Both the position numbers and the translations under genes were made by a program. 32,000 nucleotides of DNA, taken from the NCBI RefSeq assembly GCF_001457615.1, contig NZ_LN831024.1:1950001-1982000 (forward strand), written 5' to 3'. This DNA is from Pseudomonas aeruginosa (GTDB taxonomy: Bacteria; Pseudomonadota; Gammaproteobacteria; Pseudomonadales; Pseudomonadaceae). This document shows positions 18,932 to 27,157 of this stretch, one piece after another (within the stretch, counting starts at the first letter, position 1; each line of letters opens with the position of its first letter). The notes beneath the pieces were generated by a model. That model did not search any database, was not told the DNA's origin, and worked only from the letters and a program-made list of their open reading frames with translations.

Positions 18932-20416
18932 ATGACCACTGTTCGTACTCGCATCGCCCCGTCGCCGACGGGCGACCCGCACGTCGGTACCGCATACATC
19001 GCGCTGTTCAACCTGTGCTTCGCGCGTCAGCACGGCGGTCAGTTCATCCTGCGCATCGAGGACACCGACCAGCTGCGTTCGACGCGGGAGTCCGAGCAGC
19101 AGATCTACGACGCCCTGCGCTGGCTCGGCATCGAATGGGACGAGGGCCCGGACGTCGGCGGCCCGCATGGCCCGTACCGGCAGAGCGAGCGCGGGCATAT
19201 CTACAAGAAGTATTCGGACGAACTGGTCGAGAAGGGCCATGCCTTCACCTGCTTCTGCACGCCCGAGCGCCTCGATGCGGTTCGCGCCGAGCAGATGGCG
19301 CGCAAGGAAACCCCGCGCTACGACGGCCACTGCATGCACCTGCCGAAGGATGAGGTGCAGCGCCGCCTCGCCGCCGGCGAGTCCCACGTCACCCGCATGA
19401 AGGTGCCGACCGAGGGCGTCTGCGTGGTGCCGGACATGCTCCGCGGCGATGTCGAGATTCCGTGGGATCGCATGGACATGCAGGTGCTGATGAAGGCCGA
19501 CGGCCTGCCCACCTACTTCCTCGCCAACGTGGTCGACGACCACCTGATGGGCATCACCCACGTCCTGCGCGGCGAAGAGTGGCTGCCGTCGGCGCCCAAG
19601 CTGATCAAGCTCTACGAGTATTTCGGCTGGGAGCAGCCGCAGCTGTGCTACATGCCACTGCTGCGCAACCCGGACAAGAGCAAGCTGTCCAAGCGCAAGA
19701 ACCCGACCTCTATCACCTTCTACGAGCGCATGGGCTACCTGCCGCAGGCGCTGCTCAACTACCTCGGGCGGATGGGCTGGTCGATGCCGGACGAGCGCGA
19801 GAAATTCACCCTCGCCGAGATGATCGAGCATTTCGACCTGTCGCGCGTCTCCCTGGGCGGACCGATCTTCGACCTGGAGAAGCTCTCCTGGCTGAACGGG
19901 CAGTGGATCCGCGAGCAGTCCGTGGAGGAGTTCGCCCGTGAGGTGCAGAAGTGGGCGTTGAATCCCGAATACCTGATGAAGATCGCTCCGCACGTGCAGG
20001 GACGGGTGGAGAACTTCAGCCAGATCGCGCCGCTGGCCGGATTCTTCTTCAGCGGCGGGGTGCCGCTGGACGCTTCGCTGTTCGAACACAAGAAGCTCGA
20101 TCCGACCCAGGTCCGCCAGGTCCTGCAACTGGTGCTGTGGAAACTCGAATCCCTGCGCCAGTGGGAGAAGGAACGCATCACCGGCTGCATCCAGGCTGTC
20201 GCCGAACACCTCCAGCTCAAGCTGCGCGACGTGATGCCGCTGATGTTCCCGGCCATCACCGGGCATGCCAGCTCGGTTTCGGTGCTGGACGCCATGGAGA
20301 TCCTTGGCGCCGACCTGTCGCGCTATCGCTTGCGCCAGGCCCTGGAGCTGCTGGGCGGGGCGTCGAAAAAGGAAACCAAGGAATGGGAGAAGATCCGCGA
20401 CGCCATTCCCGGCTGA
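18932..20416 (+). CDS. gltX: Glutamyl-tRNA synthetase
   Basis: 494 aa. Class I signatures: HIGH-type [13 protein letters not shown] and KMSKS-type KLSKRK. N-terminus TRIAPSPTG is typical of GltX. Confidence 0.95.
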   Translation: MTTVRTRIAPSPTGDPHVGTAYIALFNLCFARQHGGQFILRIEDTDQLRSTRESEQQIYDALRWLGIEWDEGPDVGGPHGPYRQSERGHIYKKYSDELVEKGHAFTCFCTPERLDAVRAEQMARKETPRYDGHCMHLPKDEVQRRLAAGESHVTRMKVPTEGVCVVPDMLRGDVEIPWDRMDMQVLMKADGLPTYFLANVVDDHLMGITHVLRGEEWLPSAPKLIKLYEYFGWEQPQLCYMPLLRNPDKSKLSKRKNPTSITFYERMGYLPQALLNYLGRMGWSMPDEREKFTLAEMIEHFDLSRVSLGGPIFDLEKLSWLNGQWIREQSVEEFAREVQKWALNPEYLMKIAPHVQGRVENFSQIAPLAGFFFSGGVPLDASLFEHKKLDPTQVRQVLQLVLWKLESLRQWEKERITGCIQAVAEHLQLKLRDVMPLMFPAITGHASSVSVLDAMEILGADLSRYRLRQALELLGGASKKETKEWEKIRDAIPG

Positions 20417-20439
20417 CCGGCTTTCTTCCACAGTCGATG

Positions 20440-20471
20440 ACGAGGCCCGCCCAGTTGCGGGCCTCGTTTTT
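20440..20471 (+). terminator. Rho-independent terminator after gltX
   Basis: Stem ACGAGGCCCGC (20440-20450), loop CCAGTT, stem GCGGGCCTCGT (20457-20467), then TTTT. Confidence 0.8.
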
Positions 20472-20535
20472 GGGGGAGGGGAGGTAAGTGATTGTTCTTC
20501 CGGTAAAATTTTTTAGGTTTCGATGAAAAATAATG

Positions 20536-20564
20536 TTGACAGCCTCAAGCCTCGCCCTTAGTAT
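20536..20564 (+). promoter_or_regulatory. Sigma-70 promoter of the tRNA-Ala/Glu operon (stable-RNA type)
   Basis: TTGACA (20536-20541), 17-nt spacer, TAGTAT (20559-20564). An AT-rich UP-like tract lies upstream (GTAAAATTTTTTAGGTTTCGATGAAAAATAATG). A GC-rich discriminator (GCGCCCCG) lies downstream. Confidence 0.6.
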
Positions 20565-20617
20565 GCGCCCCGTCTTCACGACGAACTCAACGAAGTGAAG
20601 CGATCCAGCGGTACTTT

Positions 20618-20693
<76 letters not shown>

Positions 20694-20741
20694 AATTGCC
20701 GGGAATACGCGGTTGGTTTTGCGGATTCCTACGAAGGTTTC

Positions 20742-20817
20742 GTCCCCTTCGTCTAGTGGCCTAGGACACCGCCCTTTCACGGCGGTAACAGGGGTTCGAG
20801 TCCCCTAGGGGACGCCA
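20742..20817 (+). tRNA. tRNA-Glu (anticodon TTC), copy 1
   Basis: GTCCCCTTCGTCTAGTGGCCTAGGACACCGCCCTTTCACGGCGGTAACAGGGGTTCGAGTCCCCTAGGGGACGCCA. 76 nt, anticodon loop CTTTCAC, encoded CCA. Confidence 0.93.
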
Positions 20818-20910
20818 CTTCATGTTCATCCGTCCCAGCAATGGATGAACGTGTCGACGACCGGAAGGTTGTCGAAGCGATCGGAAGATCGCCCGCCTGA
20901 TGGCGAATTC

Positions 20911-20986
<76 letters not shown>

Positions 20987-21032
20987 CATTCCAAGGCCAG
21001 CATCGCTGGCCTTACTTTTCGAAGGTTTCATT

Positions 21033-21108
21033 GTCCCCTTCGTCTAGTGGCCTAGGACACCGCCCTTTCACGGCGGTAACAGGGGTTCGAGTCCCCTAGG
21101 GGACGCCA
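21033..21108 (+). tRNA. tRNA-Glu (anticodon TTC), copy 2
   Basis: Sequence is identical by eye to copy 1. Confidence 0.93.
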
Positions 21109-21135
21109 CTTTTTCCCGCTCTGCGGGGCTCTATA

Positions 21136-21170
21136 GGGCCATTCCGAATTGGAATGGCCCTTTTGTTTTT
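21136..21170 (+). terminator. Rho-independent terminator of the tRNA operon
   Basis: Stem GGGCCATTCC (21136-21145), loop GAATT, stem GGAATGGCCC (21151-21160), then TTTTGTTTTT. Confidence 0.85.
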
Positions 21171-21214
21171 CCCTTTTCGAATTTCCTGACAGACGGCCCG
21201 GCCGTACGCTTGCC

Positions 21215-21262
21215 GATTTTTATTATGCATATAATATTTCATCCATAATATTTTCGGGGATC
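21215..21262 (+). promoter_or_regulatory. AT-rich promoter/operator candidate upstream of the TetR-family gene
   Basis: A locally very AT-rich tract (GATTTTTATTATGCATATAATATTTCATCCATAATATTTTC) in otherwise GC-rich DNA. Contains TATAAT (21230-21235), the 8-bp palindrome TATGCATA and a repeated ATAATATT. No convincing -35 was found. Confidence 0.3.
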
Positions 21263-21265
21263 GTC

Positions 21266-21808
21266 ATGAGCGACAAGAAAACCCAGACCCGTGCCCGCAT
21301 CCTCGGTGCCGCCACCCAGGCCCTGCTCGAGCGGGGCGCCGTCGAACCTAGCGTCGGGGAAGTGATGGGCGCGGCGGGGCTCACCGTCGGCGGCTTCTAT
21401 GCCCACTTCCAGAGCAAGGATGCGCTGATGCTCGAGGCGTTCGAGCAATTGCTCGGCAAGCGCAGCGAACTGCTCGGCGAACTCGATCCCGGATTGTCGG
21501 GAAAGGAGCGTCGTGCCTTGGCGGCCGCCTTCTACCTGTCGCGCAAGCATCGGGACGCACAGGTCGACGCCGGTTGTCCGCTGCCGGCGACCCTAGCCGA
21601 GGTGGCGCGCCTGCCGGAGGGGTTTCGCGAGGTCTTGAGCAGGCATGTCGAGATCATGGTCGCCAGCCTGGCGGAAAGTCCCGAGGAAACCGACGTCGCC
21701 CTGGCCGACCTGGTGTTGATGATTGGCGGTTTGGCGCTGGCCCGGGCATTGGGGCCGGGCGAGCTGTCCGACCGGGTTCTGCGTGCCGCCAAGCAGGCGG
21801 TGAACTGA
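21266..21808 (+). CDS. TetR/AcrR-family transcriptional regulator
   Basis: ATG at 21266. N-terminal HTH region TRARILGAATQALLERGAVEPSVGEVMGAAGLTVGGFYAHFQSKDAL is typical of TetR. 180 aa. The part of ORF 21149 upstream of this ATG overlaps the tRNA terminator. Confidence 0.88.
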   Translation: MSDKKTQTRARILGAATQALLERGAVEPSVGEVMGAAGLTVGGFYAHFQSKDALMLEAFEQLLGKRSELLGELDPGLSGKERRALAAAFYLSRKHRDAQVDAGCPLPATLAEVARLPEGFREVLSRHVEIMVASLAESPEETDVALADLVLMIGGLALARALGPGELSDRVLRAAKQAVN

Positions 21809-21819
21809 GGAGGTACGAG

Positions 21820-22677
21820 ATGAGCAGCCTGACCTGGATTCGCGGTTTCAACGGGACGATCGGCCGCATCGCGCCGCGTTGGACGGCCGAGCGTATGCGT
21901 CGGGCGTTCATGATGCCTGGCGAGTGGCCGCCGAAGGATTGGGAGCTGCCGCTGCTGGCCAGCTCGGAGCGCGTCACTCTGCGCTTCGGGCTGTCGGTGT
22001 TGTGCTGGGGAGAGGGGCCGGCAGTCCTGCTGCTGCATGGCTGGGCCGGCAGGCCGACACAGTTCGCCCATCTGATCGAGCAACTGGTCGGCGCGGGTTA
22101 TTCGGTGTATGCCCTCGATGCGCCGGCCCATGGCCGCTCGCCGGGCAGGGAGGCGAACGTGGTGCTGTTCGCCCACGCCTTGCTGGAGGCCGCTGGCGAG
22201 TTGCCGCCGCTGCGTGCGGTGGTCGGTCATTCCCTGGGTGGCGCGGCGGCGTTGCTGGCAGCCCAGATGGGGCTGCGCAGCGAAGCGCTGGTGACGGTCT
22301 CGGCGCCGTCGCGGATTCTCGAACAGTTGCGCCTGTTCGCTCGTTTCGTCGGTTTGCCGGCCCTGGCTCGCTCGCATTTCATCCGCCTGGTCGAGCGGCA
22401 GGCGGGCATATCCGCGGCGTGCCTGGATGTGGCGCGCTACCGTCTGGAAATGCCCGGACTGGTGGTGCATGCCGACGACGACACGCGCGTAGCGGTGGAA
22501 AATGCCGAGCGCATCCATGCCGCCTGGCCGGCCAGTCGCTTGCTGCGCCTGCCGGGCGGCGGCCACCACCGACTGCTCGGCGAGCGCAGGCTGAGCGAGT
22601 CGCTGCTGGCGCTGCTCGAGGAGCGCCCGGCGATGCGCGCTTGCCGGCGCGTGGAAAAGACGGCGAGCGCTTCCTGA
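21820..22677 (+). CDS. Alpha/beta-fold hydrolase (serine hydrolase)
   Basis: ATG at 21820 is preceded by GAGGAGG. HGW oxyanion region (VLLLHGWAGRPTQF). Nucleophile elbow GHSLGG. C-terminal HH region (GGGHHRLL). 285 aa. Confidence 0.82.
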   Translation: MSSLTWIRGFNGTIGRIAPRWTAERMRRAFMMPGEWPPKDWELPLLASSERVTLRFGLSVLCWGEGPAVLLLHGWAGRPTQFAHLIEQLVGAGYSVYALDAPAHGRSPGREANVVLFAHALLEAAGELPPLRAVVGHSLGGAAALLAAQMGLRSEALVTVSAPSRILEQLRLFARFVGLPALARSHFIRLVERQAGISAACLDVARYRLEMPGLVVHADDDTRVAVENAERIHAAWPASRLLRLPGGGHHRLLGERRLSESLLALLEERPAMRACRRVEKTASAS

Positions 22678-22783
22678 GGCGCGTAGCAGAGGGGTTGTCG
22701 TTGTCCTGACCTCGGTTCTTCGGTAAAAAGCGCTGTGGCCCGCGCGGAGCGATCCGGCGGGGCGAGCCGTTTCGAATCGAGGA

Positions 22784-23437
22784 ATGCCCATGACATTGCC
22801 GCTGGATCGGGTCCTGCTGCAGGCCAGCCCGGTATTGCCGGTGCTGGTGATCGAGGACGTGGCGCTGGCGCCCGACCTGGCGCGCGCGTTGTATGCGGGC
22901 GGCGTCACGGTGTTGGAAGTGACGCTGCGCACGCCGCAGGCGCTGGACGCGATCGCCGCCATCCATCGCGAGGTGCCCGAGGTCCTGCTGGGGGCGGGTA
23001 CCCTGATCCACACCGAGCAGTTTCTCGAGGCACGCGACGCGGGCGCGCAGTTCGCCGTCAGCCCCGGATGCACGCCGCGCCTTGCCGCCGCCGCGGAGGA
23101 TGCCGGCCTGCCATACCTGCCCGGGGTGATGACGCCTTCGGAAGTGTTGCTGGCGCTGGAGTACGGTTATCGCTCGCTGAAGCTGTTCCCGGCCGATGGC
23201 ACTGCCAGCGTGAAAATGCTGAAAAGCCTGAAGGGGCCGTTCACCGGCATCCGCTTCTGCCCGACCGGCGGGGTCAACCTGGACAACCTGCTGAATTTCC
23301 TCCGCCTGCCCAATGTCGCCTGTGTCGGCGGCACCTGGCTGGCGCCGCCGAGCTTGATCCGGGCGCGGGCCTGGGATCAGATCACACAACTGGCCAGGGA
23401 AGCGCGCGAACTGGCCGGCAGCCTGGAGCAGCATTGA
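22784..23437 (+). CDS. KDPG / 4-hydroxy-2-oxoglutarate aldolase family (Eda paralogue)
   Basis: Eda-like pattern: PVLPVLVIEDVALAPDLARALYAGGVTVLEVTLRTPQALDAI, then GAGTL, PG..TPSE, the Schiff-base lysine region LKLFPA, and FCPTGGV. The start could instead be ATG 22790, which has better spacing from GAGGA. Confidence 0.85.
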   Translation: MPMTLPLDRVLLQASPVLPVLVIEDVALAPDLARALYAGGVTVLEVTLRTPQALDAIAAIHREVPEVLLGAGTLIHTEQFLEARDAGAQFAVSPGCTPRLAAAAEDAGLPYLPGVMTPSEVLLALEYGYRSLKLFPADGTASVKMLKSLKGPFTGIRFCPTGGVNLDNLLNFLRLPNVACVGGTWLAPPSLIRARAWDQITQLAREARELAGSLEQH

Positions 23438-23931
23438 TGAATTGGGACTACGCCGATCCGTTCGTGATCGACCTCAGGGTCCTCACCGAGGACATCGACG
23501 GGCTCGGCCACGCGAACAACGCCGTCTACGTCAGTTGGTTGGAGCGCTGCGCCTGGCGCCACTCGCAGCGGCTGGGCCTGGACCTGGCCGAGTACCGCCG
23601 GCTGGACCGGGCGATGGCGGTGCTGCGCCACGAGATCGACTACCTGGCCGCGGCCTACGAGGGCGACGAACTGCAACTGGCGACCTGGATCGTCGAGTCC
23701 GACCAGCGCCTGCGGATGAACCGGCGCTTCCAGTTGGTACGCCCGGCGGATGGCGCCACGCTGCTGCGGGCGCAGACCACCTTCGTCTGCATCGAACTGT
23801 CCAGCGGCAAGCCGAAGCGGATGCCGGCGGAGTTCATCGACGGCTACGGCCAGGCTCTGCTCGCCGGGCCTGACCCGTCGCGCGTCGGCCGGCAGGCATT
23901 CGCACTTTGTTCCGGGCGGCGGATTCTCTAG
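23437..23931 (+). CDS. Hotdog-fold acyl-CoA thioesterase (4HBT / YbgC-like)
   Basis: ATG at 23437 shares one base with the aldolase TGA (TGATG). N-terminal VLTEDIDGLGHANNAVYVSWLE matches the 4HBT catalytic-Asp region. 164 aa. In frame with track ORF 22735..23931, whose upstream part is antisense noise. Confidence 0.8.
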   Translation: MNWDYADPFVIDLRVLTEDIDGLGHANNAVYVSWLERCAWRHSQRLGLDLAEYRRLDRAMAVLRHEIDYLAAAYEGDELQLATWIVESDQRLRMNRRFQLVRPADGATLLRAQTTFVCIELSSGKPKRMPAEFIDGYGQALLAGPDPSRVGRQAFALCSGRRIL

Positions 23932-23942
23932 AATCCGCCGCC
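23915..23942 (+). terminator. 12-bp-stem hairpin spanning the thioesterase stop codon (possible terminator/attenuator)
   Basis: Stem GGCGGCGGATTC (23915-23926), loop TCTA, stem GAATCCGCCGCC (23931-23942). Followed by TGTCATTTTCG, a weak and displaced T-run. Confidence 0.4.
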
Positions 23943-23965
23943 TGTCATTTTCGAGGTAGTGGTTC

Positions 23966-24925
23966 GTGCAAATCGCCCTGGCGCCGATGGAAGGTCTGGT
24001 GGATGAAATCCTCCGCGACGTGCTGACCCGCGTCGGCGGCATCGATTGGTGCGTCACCGAATTCATCCGCATCACCGATCGCCTGCTGCCGGCCACGGCT
24101 TTCCACAAGCTGGCGCCGGAGCTGCGCGACGGCAGCCGGACCCGCGCCGGGACGCCGATGCGTGTGCAGTTGCTCGGCTCCGATCCTGCGTGCCTGGCGG
24201 ATAACGCCGCGTTCGCCTGTGAGCTGGGTGCCCCGGTGATCGACCTGAACTTCGGTTGTCCGGCCAAGACCGTGAACCGCTCGCGCGGCGGCGCGGTATT
24301 GCTCAAGGAGCCGGAGCTGATGCACGACATCGTCGCCGCCGTGCGTCGCGCGGTGCCGAGCGAGATTGCTGTGACCTCGAAGATGCGCCTGGGCTACGAC
24401 AGTCCCGACGGCGCCCTGGATTGTGCGCGGGCCCTGGCCGACGGCGGCTCGGCCCATGTAGTGGTGCATGCCCGGACCAAGGTCGATGGCTACAGGCCGC
24501 CGGCGCACTGGGAATGGGTGGCGCGGGTGGCCGAGGCGGTGCGCGTGCCGGTGTTCGCCAATGGCGAAGTGTGGACGCTCGACGACTACCTGCGTTGTCG
24601 CGAGGTCAGCGGGGTGGAGGACATCATGCTCGGTCGCGGCCTGGTCTCGCGTCCTGGCCTGGCTCGGCAGATCGCCGCCTGGCGCGATGGCGGCGAAATC
24701 CGCGAGATGCCCTGGAGCGAGCTGTTGCCGCTGCTGCGCGACTTCTGGCTGCAGGCCCGGCGCAAGCTCGCCCCGCGCTATGCCCCGGGCCGTCTCAAGC
24801 AGTGGCTGGGCATGCTCACCCGCACCTATCCCGAAGCCGTCGAGCTGTTCGCACGGATTCGCCGGGAAAGCGATTGCGAAACCATCGACCGGCTGTTGCA
24901 GGTGTCGTTCAGCCAGGCGGCCTAG
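23966..24925 (+). CDS. dusC: tRNA-dihydrouridine synthase C
   Basis: GTG start at 23966 preceded by [28 protein letters not shown]... with [11 protein letters not shown] (catalytic Cys) and VHARTK motifs of the Dus family. 319 aa. The short, DusC-like N-terminus supports the subfamily call. Confidence 0.88.
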
Positions 24926-24939
24926 CTTGCGTACCAGGC

Positions 24940-25686
24940 CTAGCGGCCGCCGCTGACATCGATGAAGGTGCCGGTGCTGTAGCTGGCTTCGTCCGACGCC
25001 AGCCAGAGAATCGCCCGCGCGACTTCCTCCGCCGTACCGCCGCGTCCTAGCGGTATGCCGCCCTTCAGGCGTTCGATACGGCCGGGCTCGCCGCCGCTGG
25101 CGTGGATCTCGGTATCGATCAGTCCGGGCCGCACCGCGTTGACCCGGATACCCTCCGCCGCCACTTCCCTGGCCAGACCGATGGTCATGCTGTCGATGGC
25201 GCCCTTGGCGGCGGCATAGTCGATGTATTCGTTGGGCGATCCCAGCCGCGAGGCCATCGAGGACACGTTGACGATGCTGCCGCCGCGCCCGCCGTGGCGG
25301 GTCGACAGGCGCTTCACCGCCTCGCGGGCGCAGAGGAAGCTGCCGGTCACGTTGGTCGCGAATACCCTGTGCAGGCGCGCCGCGTCGATGTTTTCCAGGC
25401 GCGTCTGCGCTTCCAGCATGCCGGCGTTGTTGACCAGCACGTCGAGGCGGCCGAAACGTTCGTCGATGGCGGCGAACAGCCGCTCGACATCGCCTTCCTC
25501 GGCTACGTCGGCCGCCACCGCCAGGGCTTCGCCGCCCTGGCGCTCGATGCGCTGGCGCAGCGCTTCGGCGGCCTCGCGGTTGCGCAGATAGTTGAGGACG
25601 ACCGCATAGCCGCGTTCGGCGGCGAGCAGAGCGGTGGCGGCGCCGATGCCGCGGCTGGCTCCGGTGACCAGCATGACGTTGCGCAT
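24940..25686 (-). CDS. Short-chain dehydrogenase/reductase (classical SDR)
   Basis: 248 aa. Contains TGASRGIG cofactor motif, NNAG, and the catalytic S...YAAAK triad. Confidence 0.9.
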   Translation of the reverse strand: MRNVMLVTGASRGIGAATALLAAERGYAVVLNYLRNREAAEALRQRIERQGGEALAVAADVAEEGDVERLFAAIDERFGRLDVLVNNAGMLEAQTRLENIDAARLHRVFATNVTGSFLCAREAVKRLSTRHGGRGGSIVNVSSMASRLGSPNEYIDYAAAKGAIDSMTIGLAREVAAEGIRVNAVRPGLIDTEIHASGGEPGRIERLKGGIPLGRGGTAEEVARAILWLASDEASYSTGTFIDVSGGR

Positions 25687-25702
25687 GATGATGCTCCCCA
25701 GG

Positions 25703-26506
25703 TCAGTAGCGAGTGAAGGTCAGGTAGTCGGCGTCCCAGCCCAGGCCCTGCCAGAACAGGTTGGACAGCGGCGCGTCAAGGGCCGATTGCGCGCGGATCA
25801 GGCCGGCGCCGCGCGAGCGCAGGGCCTCCTCGGCGCTGCCCACCAGTTCCCGGGCCAGGCCCTGGCGGCGGGCCTGCGGCAATACGTAGAGCTCTGCGAT
25901 CTCTCCGACCCGTGCCTGACCGTCCTCGATCTGCCACAAGTGGGCGAGGACGAAACCGCGGGGATGCTGCTGGGCCTCCGCCAGCCAGAGCAAGCGGTTG
26001 CGCGAGGCGGCCAGGAGCAGTGCCTGGATCGCCTGTTGGTCGCCGGCATCCAGGGTTTCCCCGGCTTCGCGGACATTGGCTTGCCAGAGCGCGGCCACCG
26101 CGGGGACGTCGTCGCCGCTGGCCAGGCGAACCCGGTGTTGCTCTGGCGTCGCATCGAGCTCCTGGCCGACCCGCAGCAGGTTGCCGTCGGGATCGACCAG
26201 GGCGAATTCGCGCATACCCCAGGGCTGGTCTTCCAGGGCCGTGATGCGTGGAATCCCCTGGCCGCCCAGGCCGAGGGCCGCGGCCTGGCGATGCAGCGCC
26301 TGGGCGTCCTCCAGGCGCAGGTAGGCAGCGCTGCAATTGGTCTTCGGTTCGAGCGCCTCGAACAGCGACAGGTGCAGCTCCAGGGCGCCGCGCTGGAGGA
26401 TGGCGTAGGTCGGATAGCGAGCGCCAAGGTGGAAGCCGAGGGACTGGTAGAAGGCGCTGGCGCTGTCCAGATCGCGGCAGGGGAAGGTCGGGATTGCGCG
26501 TTCCAT
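25703..26506 (-). CDS. Fusion protein: bleomycin-resistance-like VOC domain plus GNAT N-acetyltransferase domain
   Basis: ATG at 26506 (MERAIPTFPCRDLDSASAFYQSLGF...). The N-terminal ~117 aa resemble Sh-ble-type binding proteins (EDQPWGMREFALVDPDGNLLRV vs recalled [20 protein letters not shown]). The C-terminal ~150 aa carry the GNAT motif A (ELYVLPQARRQGLARELVGSAEEAL). Confidence 0.8.
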   Translation of the reverse strand: MERAIPTFPCRDLDSASAFYQSLGFHLGARYPTYAILQRGALELHLSLFEALEPKTNCSAAYLRLEDAQALHRQAAALGLGGQGIPRITALEDQPWGMREFALVDPDGNLLRVGQELDATPEQHRVRLASGDDVPAVAALWQANVREAGETLDAGDQQAIQALLLAASRNRLLWLAEAQQHPRGFVLAHLWQIEDGQARVGEIAELYVLPQARRQGLARELVGSAEEALRSRGAGLIRAQSALDAPLSNLFWQGLGWDADYLTFTRY

Positions 26507-26568
26507 GGCGACGGTTCTCGAAAGGATGAGTTTCGATCTGAGCACGACGAACGGTCGTTCTCAAGGCT

Positions 26569-26596
26569 CTTGAAATACTTCCGACGATCCCTATCT
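26569..26596 (+). promoter_or_regulatory. Sigma-32 (RpoH) heat-shock promoter of ibpA
   Basis: CTTGAAA (26569-26575), 13-nt spacer, CCCTATCT (26589-26596). Compares with the consensus CTTGAAA-N13-15-CCCCATNT. Confidence 0.6.
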
Positions 26597-26601
26597 AGTT
26601 C

Positions 26602-26663
26602 GTGCGGGATGCCGAAGACGGGTTCCGCACCAGAGTACTTGCTGATAATTCAGGAGATTCGCA
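26602..26663 (+). promoter_or_regulatory. ROSE-type RNA thermometer candidate in the ibpA 5-prime UTR
   Basis: Hairpin 1: GTGCGG...CCGCAC (26602-26630). The second element contains CUUGCU (26638-26643), able to pair with the SD AGGAG (26652-26656), 7 nt before the ATG. Short ROSE-like thermometers are described for Pseudomonas ibpA. Confidence 0.5.
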
Positions 26664-27113
26664 ATGAGCAACGCTTTTTCCCTCGCTCCGCTGTTCCGTC
26701 ATTCCGTAGGCTTCGATCGCTTCAACGATCTGTTCGAGTCGGCCCTGCGCAATGAGGCCGGGAGTACCTACCCGCCCTACAACGTCGAAAAGCACGGTGA
26801 CGACGAGTATCGCATCGTCATCGCCGCCGCCGGCTTCCAGGAAGAAGACCTGGACCTGCAGGTCGAGCGCGGCGTGCTGACCGTCAGTGGCGGCAAGCGC
26901 GAGAAGTCCACGGACAACGTGACCTACCTGCACCAGGGCATCGCCCAGCGCGCCTTCAAGCTGTCGTTCCGCCTCGCCGATCATATCGAGGTCAAGGCGG
27001 CTTCGCTGGCCAACGGCCTGCTGAACATCGACCTGGTCCGGCTGGTTCCGGAAGAAGCCAAGCCGAAGCGTATCGCCATCAATGGCCAGCGCCCGGCACT
27101 GGACAACCAGTAA
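26664..27113 (+). CDS. ibpA: Small heat-shock protein IbpA (alpha-crystallin/Hsp20)
   Basis: 149 aa. N-terminus MSNAFSLAPLFRHSVGFDRFNDLFESA, then YPPYNVEK..DEYRIVIAAAGF and ASLANGLLNIDL, the typical IbpA/B alpha-crystallin core. Confidence 0.93.
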   Translation: MSNAFSLAPLFRHSVGFDRFNDLFESALRNEAGSTYPPYNVEKHGDDEYRIVIAAAGFQEEDLDLQVERGVLTVSGGKREKSTDNVTYLHQGIAQRAFKLSFRLADHIEVKAASLANGLLNIDLVRLVPEEAKPKRIAINGQRPALDNQ

Positions 27114-27129
27114 CCGTCAGCGGTGATCG

Positions 27130-27157
27130 AAAAAAGGCGCCTTCGGGCGCCTTTTTT
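27130..27157. terminator. Bidirectional rho-independent terminator (ibpA / convergent hydrolase gene)
   Basis: AAAAAA-GGCGCC-TTCG-GGCGCC-TTTTTT. A symmetric A-run and T-run flank a GC stem with a TTCG tetraloop. The last T is the first base of the TCA (stop) of the minus-strand gene. Confidence 0.85.

Noticed and set aside
18821-20431. 536-aa minus-strand ORF covering all of gltX
   Set aside because: Antisense to a gene with HIGH and KMSKS signatures. The translation looks low-complexity.
21532-24508. Series of long minus-strand ORFs (21532..23073, 22379..23434, 23377..24330, 23945..24508) and the + alternative frames (21879..22709, 22735..23436)
   Set aside because: All overlap well-supported + strand genes (TetR, hydrolase, aldolase, thioesterase, dusC). 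Their Arg/Pro/Ala-rich composition is typical of off-frame translation of roughly two-thirds-GC DNA.
25634-26755. 373-aa + ORF and the minus alternative frames (25776..26564, 25798..26427) over the Ble::GNAT gene
   Set aside because: Off-frame or antisense artefacts. The + ORF would also run through the ibpA promoter and start codon in a different frame.
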